From the NCBI GenBank assembly GCA_934131005.1, contig CAKOYV010000007.1, forward strand, positions 6,689 through 70,688: a stretch of 64,000 bases of DNA. Direction: 5' to 3'. Made by a program: the position numbers and the translations under genes. Source of the stretch: an uncultured Bacilli bacterium. Lineage in GTDB: Bacteria > Bacillota_I > Bacilli_A > RF39 > UBA660. This document shows, piece by piece, positions 57,642 through 64,000 of the stretch; within the stretch, counting starts at the first letter, position 1, and each line of letters starts with the position of its first letter. The notes below the pieces were generated by a model, which did not search any database, had not been told where the DNA came from, and worked only from the letters and a program-made list of their open reading frames with translations.

Positions 57642-57681
57642 CTTCTACTAAATATTACATTTTTTTATCATTAAATTAACT

Positions 57682-59739
57682 TTATTTTAAAACAACTGAA
57701 ATCAACATGCCCAACAAAATTAAAACCATCAATGAAAGGGATAAAATAAGTATATTAGAAAAACCACTCTTTGATAATGTTCTACTTCTTCCTTTAATAG
57801 CTTGCTGTTGCTGTTTTTTTACTATATCACTCATTGTTTTAGCAAATTGAGCCTCAGAATAAAGTTTCATCTTTCTAGCATCCTTATGATTCATTGATGC
57901 TATTTTTTTTGAGGAAACATAAGAATAATTTTGCTTCTTAGCAACATATGCTTCTGGATGAAAAGAAATACCCATATTTGCAAATTGTTTCTCTAACGCG
58001 CCCTGACGTTGAGAGAAATTTGCTTTCTTGTTACCATTAGTATTTGTTTTCATATTTTGTGCATTCTTTTTATTATCAGCCTTAACCTCTTTATTACCTT
58101 GTTGCTTATTTACTAAATTAGAATTAGCTCTCCTTTGAATATCTCCTTTTTGCAAATTAGCATTTTGCTTCTTTTGCCTATTACTATATTTATTAGCAAT
58201 AGCTTGTGTTTTAGATCTAGGCACTGTTGTCAAAATAGGACTTATACTTTGATTAAAAGTCTTAACACTAATTAATTCTTTATGAAAAGAAGTAACTTCT
58301 TTCAAATACACATCACTACCATACATTCTTTGAGCATAAGATTTAATACGCCTATCAGCTAATGCTAATGCCGCTTCATTATCAATAATTTTTTTCCTCT
58401 CTTGTTGAATTTGACTATTAATATTATTCAAACTTTGTTCATGAACATCTATATTTTGCCTACGCTCTTCTATTTGAGCATCTATCCTATTAATTTCCTC
58501 AGTTATCTTTTGTATCTTTTTTTCACGAAGTTTAGAAATAAATGTAACCCTAGAACTTTTCTTAAAAACAGTATCATTTAACTTTTTCTTTAACATATCT
58601 TTTCTTTTCTCATAAGCTTTTATAACTACCTGAGAACCTTTTATACTCATAGAAGATATCATAACATCAGAATTTAATTTACTAATATTCTTCTTTGCTT
58701 GCGAAATATTATCCCTATACTGACTCTTACTAGCATTTTCTTGAGCTATATTATTTACATTATTTTTAACACTACGTTCTATATTATTTCTTCTCTTATT
58801 TAAATGATCGCTTATTAATTTTTTATCCCTATCTAAAGAAGACATTTTATAAAGAGTTGCCAAAGTATCTAAGTTCATTAAATCTAACAACTCATTTTTA
58901 TTTTCAGAGCTATTATAAACATTTATTAGAAAAAATGAAGCCAGCATCTTTCCTTTCATTATTTTAGAATTCAAAATTTCTCTTTTATCTATAGTACTAA
59001 GCTTATTAAATAACTGTCTTTGCTTTTGTATATCAGCAAGATCATAGAAGAATAAAACCTTATTTGTAGCCTGATTATATTTTTTCATTAAATCATCATT
59101 AACAGCCACCTTACTTGCCCTCATATTATTATTAGAAATATTTTCCTTATTTTTAGTCACATTAAAATCTCTAGGTATTTTCTTCTCCTCTTTTATAACC
59201 CTCAATTCTTTAGGAGGAAAAATAATCTCATATCTACGTCCTAACCACTCTCTTAATAATTTATCTAAATCAACATAATTTTCTTTTAATTTTTTTATCT
59301 TCCCAATATCAAGGTTATTAGCAATTGCTTTTTTTGATGCATAATCAAATTCCTTACTAACAAGTATTTCATATATATCTTTTAATTCTAAATCTTTATT
59401 ATTATTTATAACAGCAATCTTATCGGCTGGAGAAATTAACCTATATAATTGGCTTTTTTCAAAAAGTGTTGCTACAGCAAATATTTCTTTTTTATCACTT
59501 AATTCCTCAGTATTATAAAAATATTGGTTAACTGGTAAACTTCCACTATTTAAATAAGCTTTAGCACCATCTAAAACAGCTTTCTGAGAACCAGAATTAA
59601 GCTCACTGCTAAATAAATTAGTGATTTCTTGTTGTAAATTAGAACTCCACCACTCAGTGCTTTTATTAGAACGAATCATTTCTTGAATAAACATCCTTGT
59701 CAGAGTGTCATTTATCATTGAATTATTACTATTATTCAC
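57682..59739 (-). CDS. Large basic N/Q/K-rich coiled-coil protein with C-terminal TM anchor (685 aa)
   Basis: Long ORF. Predicted coiled coils at ~330-480. C-terminal SNILILSLSLMVLILLGMLISVVLK. Confidence 0.5.
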   Translation of the reverse strand: MNNSNNSMINDTLTRMFIQEMIRSNKSTEWWSSNLQQEITNLFSSELNSGSQKAVLDGAKAYLNSGSLPVNQYFYNTEELSDKKEIFAVATLFEKSQLYRLISPADKIAVINNNKDLELKDIYEILVSKEFDYASKKAIANNLDIGKIKKLKENYVDLDKLLREWLGRRYEIIFPPKELRVIKEEKKIPRDFNVTKNKENISNNNMRASKVAVNDDLMKKYNQATNKVLFFYDLADIQKQRQLFNKLSTIDKREILNSKIMKGKMLASFFLINVYNSSENKNELLDLMNLDTLATLYKMSSLDRDKKLISDHLNKRRNNIERSVKNNVNNIAQENASKSQYRDNISQAKKNISKLNSDVMISSMSIKGSQVVIKAYEKRKDMLKKKLNDTVFKKSSRVTFISKLREKKIQKITEEINRIDAQIEERRQNIDVHEQSLNNINSQIQQERKKIIDNEAALALADRRIKSYAQRMYGSDVYLKEVTSFHKELISVKTFNQSISPILTTVPRSKTQAIANKYSNRQKKQNANLQKGDIQRRANSNLVNKQQGNKEVKADNKKNAQNMKTNTNGNKKANFSQRQGALEKQFANMGISFHPEAYVAKKQNYSYVSSKKIASMNHKDARKMKLYSEAQFAKTMSDIVKKQQQQAIKGRSRTLSKSGFSNILILSLSLMVLILLGMLISVVLK

Positions 59740-59749
59740 AACTATTCAC

Positions 59750-60004
59750 CTACTCTATACTATTGATATATTCTCTTATTATATCAAACACCTTATTCTT
59801 TTCATTTTCATCCACTATATCAACTAGATCACTCTCACCATTAGCATATTTTATAACTCTTTTAGCATATATAGCATCCTCTTCCTCATTAGCAGAAACT
59901 GCATAAACAACATATTCGATTCCATCTATTTCCATAATATTAAGAATCTTACCATCTACATTATTACCAAATTCATCCCTCAAATTAATTGTATTATCTT
60001 CCAT
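59750..60004 (-). CDS. DUF1292-family small protein
   Basis: 84 aa: DEFGNNVDGKILNIMEIDGIEYVVYAV...DAIYAKRV...DIVDENE pattern typical of DUF1292. Confidence 0.5.
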   Translation of the reverse strand: MEDNTINLRDEFGNNVDGKILNIMEIDGIEYVVYAVSANEEEDAIYAKRVIKYANGESDLVDIVDENEKNKVFDIIREYINSIE

Positions 60005-60009
60005 AATCT

Positions 60010-60279
60010 CTACCTTCCCTTAACCATATCAACAATTTTTAAAACTACAGTATTAACAAAATCTTGCTCTTCACTATTTGTAACCCTAATAAGTTGTCCA
60101 TCTATATTTTTAGCACAATATACTCCTATATCATCACCTAAATTCATGCTATAAATACAATATTTATTATCCATATATTCAAAATTAATAATAATATCTG
60201 CCGTAACAACTCGTCCATCATCTAAAGTCATAGTAAAATTTCTATCAAAATCCATCATCACTTCTCCTAATCTAACCAA
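60010..60279 (-). CDS. DUF1292-like small protein
   Basis: 89 aa with a similar acidic beta-rich pattern. Tandem with 59750..60004. Confidence 0.4.
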   Translation of the reverse strand: MVRLGEVMMDFDRNFTMTLDDGRVVTADIIINFEYMDNKYCIYSMNLGDDIGVYCAKNIDGQLIRVTNSEEQDFVNTVVLKIVDMVKGR

Positions 60280-60481
60280 CCCACCTACTATTCTATATTT
60301 TCATTATAATTATAACAAAAATTAATTATTTTGCCAACAAAAATAATAAGTGTTGGTAAAATAATTAGAATCCAAAAAAATTCTCTAATAATTGCTTGAA
60401 TTCTTTAAAAATAAATTATATTATTTTTCTCATAAAAAAGAGTCTAATTTAAAAAAATAATTTTTTTATTAAAATTAAAAG

Positions 60482-61470
60482 GATTTTAGCTTTTTGCCTA
60501 GAACAATATATTTAGAGGGACTAAATTCCCTCTAAACAGAAAGGAGGCAAATTATAGAAAAATTAATTGCAAAAGAAAGATTAATTCCTTTAACCAAAGA
60601 CTTTATGTTTAAGCATATCTTCACCAACAATCCTGATATCCTAAAAAAATTCTTAATTGATGTTCTAAAACTAGATATCAACCCTAACCTAGCTACTATC
60701 ATCATCGAAAATAATGAACTTACTAAATCTAGGGAAAAAGAATATCAAAAGAACGTTGATATCTATGTTTCTATTAATAATAACTTAAGAATTGATATTG
60801 AAGTAAACTCTGAAAAATTTAGCTCTATTAAAGCTAGAAATGTTCTATATTTAAATAAAATTGCTATTGATACAACCGAATCAGGCTTTACTTATCAAAA
60901 AATGAACAAACAATATTTTTATCAACTAAACTTAAATGCTCATAAATCTGACAAATATTTAGATGAAGAATACCTACTCGTATCTACAAATAAACACCAA
61001 ATCTTACTAGATAATTATAAAATTATTTGCAAATCTCTTGATTATTACAAAGAACTTTATTATAATCAAGGTAAGAATTCAAGCAAAGATGTAATATGGT
61101 TATCTTTACTTGGAGCAAATAATTTTAATGAATTAGAGGAGATGGCAAGTTTAGTTATGGATGAGAAAGAAAAAAATAAATTTGTAGCCGAATGCAAAGA
61201 TTCTAGTAAAAACACCAAATGGTTATCTGAATGGGGAACAGAATACTTTGCCGAAATGGTGAAACAAAACGTTATCGAAGATGCTAAAGAAGAAGGATTA
61301 AAAGAAGGATTAAAAGAAGGATTAGAAAAAGGAATTAATCAAAAACAAACAGAAATGATTAAAAGTTTTTTAAAGCAAAATGTTTCCATAGAAATCATTG
61401 CAAAAGCTGCTAACATTTCCGTTAAGGACGTAAAAAAGATAGAAAAATCCATGCAAAATGGAGATTAATT
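60482..61470 (+). repeat. Direct repeat copy 2 (matches 43556..44550)
   Basis: Same leader with the TAGAGGGA-N6-TCCCTCTA palindrome and AGGAGG, followed by the Rpn-family ORF. Confidence 0.7.
60605..61468 (+). CDS. Rpn-family recombination-promoting nuclease / PD-(D/E)XK 'putative transposase', copy 2
   Basis: 287 aa, about 96% identical to copy 1 over the first 180 aa. Divergent EEGLKEGLKEGLEKG repeat tail. Confidence 0.65.
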   Translation: MFKHIFTNNPDILKKFLIDVLKLDINPNLATIIIENNELTKSREKEYQKNVDIYVSINNNLRIDIEVNSEKFSSIKARNVLYLNKIAIDTTESGFTYQKMNKQYFYQLNLNAHKSDKYLDEEYLLVSTNKHQILLDNYKIICKSLDYYKELYYNQGKNSSKDVIWLSLLGANNFNELEEMASLVMDEKEKNKFVAECKDSSKNTKWLSEWGTEYFAEMVKQNVIEDAKEEGLKEGLKEGLEKGINQKQTEMIKSFLKQNVSIEIIAKAANISVKDVKKIEKSMQNGD

Positions 61471-61676
61471 CTATCTTTTTTCTTTTGTATAAATAGCTAA
61501 AAATTTGAAAATAAATACTTAAAAAGAATACTTACTTATATGCTAAATTTATATAGCCACCATAAAAACATATATACATAGAAAAAATAATTCAAAGATG
61601 AACAAAACTCTAATTATTATTAAAAGTAAATAAAGTTAACATCAAAGAATTATTTTTTAATACTACCTATCTTTAA

Positions 61677-64000
61677 TTAATTATCTCTAAGTACAGCATT
61701 ATGCTTACTTTCAACCTTAGCAATTATTTTATTAAATATCTCATTAACCTCACTATCAGTAAGAGTTTTAGCATCATTTTCAAATAATAAACTAAATGCA
61801 ATTGACTTCTTATCACTAGCAATACCATCACCAGTATAAACATCAAATATATCAATAGAAGTAAGTAATCTACCACCAGTAGCTCTTATTGTTTTAAATA
61901 TATCAAAAGCCTTAACATCAGCATCTACAATAAAAGCCATATCTTTAGAAATACTAGGATAACGAGAAGATGCTTTAAATTTAATAGGTTTAATCTTCTT
62001 CATCAAAGCATTCATTGAAACCTCAGCAACATAAATATCATCATGACTAACATTAGGGTGAACACGTCCCATAATACCAACACATTCTCTATCTAAAATA
62101 ACTTTAGCACTCATAAAAGGATGCATATCTTTGGTATTTAATTCTGTAAAATCATATCTATTCTTAAGACCTAAATAATCAAGCAAATTACAAATTATTC
62201 CTTTAATCAAATAAAAATCAGTCTTAATAACATTACCTTGCCAATTATTAGAAATATAATTACCACTCATAAGTATTGTGATTTTACTATCTTCATTATA
62301 CTCACTATCATATACTTTACTTATTTCATATAAGAAAATATCATCAATACCACGAGCCTTATTATACTCATATACCTTCAATAAAGATGGAATCAAAGTT
62401 GTTCTAACAACAGATTTATCAACACTCATTGGATTTGGTAAAACAACATTTTTTATATCTTGATATTTAAAAGTATCAGCCATACTAGGACTAACTAATG
62501 TATATGTTTTAGCCTCGTTAAGGCCTAGGGTTCTAAGTCGCTTAGATACTAACTTACGATATTTAACATCACCAATATAACTTCCCTTTCTAACAGTTGT
62601 AACAGGAAGTGTTGATACTAAATTATGATAACCATATAATCTTCCAATCTCCTCAGCAATATCATTAACATTTGAATCAATATCTAATCTTCTTCTAGGA
62701 ATTACAACCTCAAAAATATCATCATGAACTTCATAAGCAAAATCAAGCTTATCTAACTCACGTTCCATATCTTCTTCTGAAATAGTTATACCAAGCATTT
62801 TATTAATATCATTAACGCTAAACTTAACCTTTTTTTCACTCTTATCAATCTTATCATATAAAACATTGCCACTAAGAACCTTAGCAGAAGCATATTTTTC
62901 TAATAAATGACATGCTCTAGCCATAGCTTTTTGTGTATATTCATAATTAAGACCCTTTCCATATCTAATAGAAGCTTCACTACGTAAATTAAGTCTATTT
63001 GCAATATTTCTAATACTAATAGGATCAAAAATAGCACTTTCAATTAAAATAGAAGTAGTATTATCATCAACCTCAGTATTCTCACCGCCCATAACACCAG
63101 CTACACAAACAGACTTTGTTCCATCAGTAATAACAATATCCTTATCTGTAAGCTTACGCAAATTACCGTCTAAAGTAGTTATTTCCTCTCCATCATGAGC
63201 ATCTCTTACAACTATCCTATCTCCTAATTTTTCTTTATCAAAGAAATGAAGTGGTTGACCATATTCCAACATAACATAGTTAGAAATATCAACAACATTA
63301 TTAATACTTCTCATACCAGCTGCTGCTAAACGCTTTTTAATAAATTCAGGAGACTCGCCAATTTTTATATCCTTAACCATACCAGCCATATAATAAGGGC
63401 ATTTATCTGTTTCTACTTCTAGAGAAAAATGATCTGAAACACTATCACTAATAGGTGTAAAATCATCATCAGGTAAAGTCACTTTTTTTCCTAAAATAGC
63501 AGCAATTTCATAAGCAAATCCAATATGATAATAACAATCATTATTACGATGTTTATGGATATCTAATTCATATAAAGTTGCTTCTAGTCCTAAATATTTA
63601 AGAGGATCAGTACCAACTTTAGCATCACTAGGAAGCTCACAAATACCACGTTCATATGCCTCTTCAGTTTTCTCTTCTAACCCTAATTCATATAGAGCAC
63701 AAAGCATTCCATTAGATTCAACCCCTCTAATACGACTAGGCTTAATAACAAAATCTCCTGGTAAAACAGCCCCAGGTAAAGCAACTATTACTTTAATACC
63801 CTCACGAACATTAGTAGCACCACACACTATCGTCTTCTTATCAGAACCAACATTAACTAAACAAACATGCAAATGATCACTATCAGGATGATCACTACAA
63901 CTAACAACTTCTCCTATAACTAAATTATCTATATGATTAGAAATAACTTTTTCAACATTAATACCAGCCTTAGTTATTTTAACAGCAAGTTCTTCTAAAT
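61677..64000 (-). CDS. pheT: Phenylalanine--tRNA ligase beta subunit (C-terminal ~770 aa; N-terminus beyond window end)
   Basis: tRNA-binding, B3/B4, B5 (FDLTPI...), class II-like core and ferredoxin-fold anticodon-binding (FDVYTGDGIASDKKSIAFSLLF) regions. The ORF remains open at position 64000. Confidence 0.85.
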   Translation of the reverse strand, partial: LEELAVKITKAGINVEKVISNHIDNLVIGEVVSCSDHPDSDHLHVCLVNVGSDKKTIVCGATNVREGIKVIVALPGAVLPGDFVIKPSRIRGVESNGMLCALYELGLEEKTEEAYERGICELPSDAKVGTDPLKYLGLEATLYELDIHKHRNNDCYYHIGFAYEIAAILGKKVTLPDDDFTPISDSVSDHFSLEVETDKCPYYMAGMVKDIKIGESPEFIKKRLAAAGMRSINNVVDISNYVMLEYGQPLHFFDKEKLGDRIVVRDAHDGEEITTLDGNLRKLTDKDIVITDGTKSVCVAGVMGGENTEVDDNTTSILIESAIFDPISIRNIANRLNLRSEASIRYGKGLNYEYTQKAMARACHLLEKYASAKVLSGNVLYDKIDKSEKKVKFSVNDINKMLGITISEEDMERELDKLDFAYEVHDDIFEVVIPRRRLDIDSNVNDIAEEIGRLYGYHNLVSTLPVTTVRKGSYIGDVKYRKLVSKRLRTLGLNEAKTYTLVSPSMADTFKYQDIKNVVLPNPMSVDKSVVRTTLIPSLLKVYEYNKARGIDDIFLYEISKVYDSEYNEDSKITILMSGNYISNNWQGNVIKTDFYLIKGIICNLLDYLGLKNRYDFTELNTKDMHPFMSAKVILDRECVGIMGRVHPNVSHDDIYVAEVSMNALMKKIKPIKFKASSRYPSISKDMAFIVDADVKAFDIFKTIRATGGRLLTSIDIFDVYTGDGIASDKKSIAFSLLFENDAKTLTDSEVNEIFNKIIAKVESKHNAVLRDN

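Noticed and set aside
43683-61468. The two Rpn-family genes as bona fide IS transposases defining a composite transposon
   Set aside because: No terminal inverted repeats or target-site duplications were seen, and the family is not a demonstrated autonomous IS. They are treated as direct repeats and recombination substrates only.
1-64000. Alternative genetic code (UGA=Trp, Mollicutes-like), considered because of the very low GC
   Set aside because: Long uninterrupted ORFs for tkt, pheT, truB, pdp, the sigma factor and the 2551-aa protein are obtained with standard stops. Sporulation genes (gerM, gerE-like, spoIIM-like) also point to a Firmicute using code 11.

Overview
AT-rich, low-GC chromosome segment, apparently from a spore-forming Firmicute; the standard genetic code fits. 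Recognisable genes include gerM, gerE-like, gerQ-like, spoIIM-like, scpA/scpB, truB, rbfA, nrnA, tkt, mscL, trmB, pdp, tcdA, pheT and two tRNAs. The right half (about 26.2-29.5 kb and 34.4-64 kb) is mostly housekeeping and sporulation genes, with two notable exceptions. First, a SigA-like sigma factor carries a long C-terminal extension of sigma-region-4-like modules and is followed by three paralogous proteins built only from those modules. Second, two ~1 kb direct repeats, each carrying an Rpn/PD-(D/E)XK 'transposase' gene, flank 16 kb of core genes. The left half (about 1-26 kb and 29.6-34.2 kb) is an accessory island rich in secreted proteins with TasA/camelysin-type (SipW-cognate, 'TYAWF/TYAYL') signal peptides. 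It holds a tightly packed minus-strand operon with four SipW-like type I signal peptidase paralogs, each directly paired with a small TasA-like substrate gene. Embedded in that operon is a membrane-anchored McrB-family AAA+ GTPase with a coiled-coil partner. The island also has a 2551-aa beta-helix-repeat surface protein, a second group of TasA-like paralogs, and decayed IS30, ISAs1 and ISL3 transposase remnants. Three tandem glycine-rich secreted paralogs have signal-peptide leaders placed out of frame by identical poly-G(9) tracts, which looks like slipped-strand phase variation. A frameshifted C39-peptidase/ABC-transporter N-terminus sits at the left edge. No CRISPR array, rRNA or intact prophage was seen.
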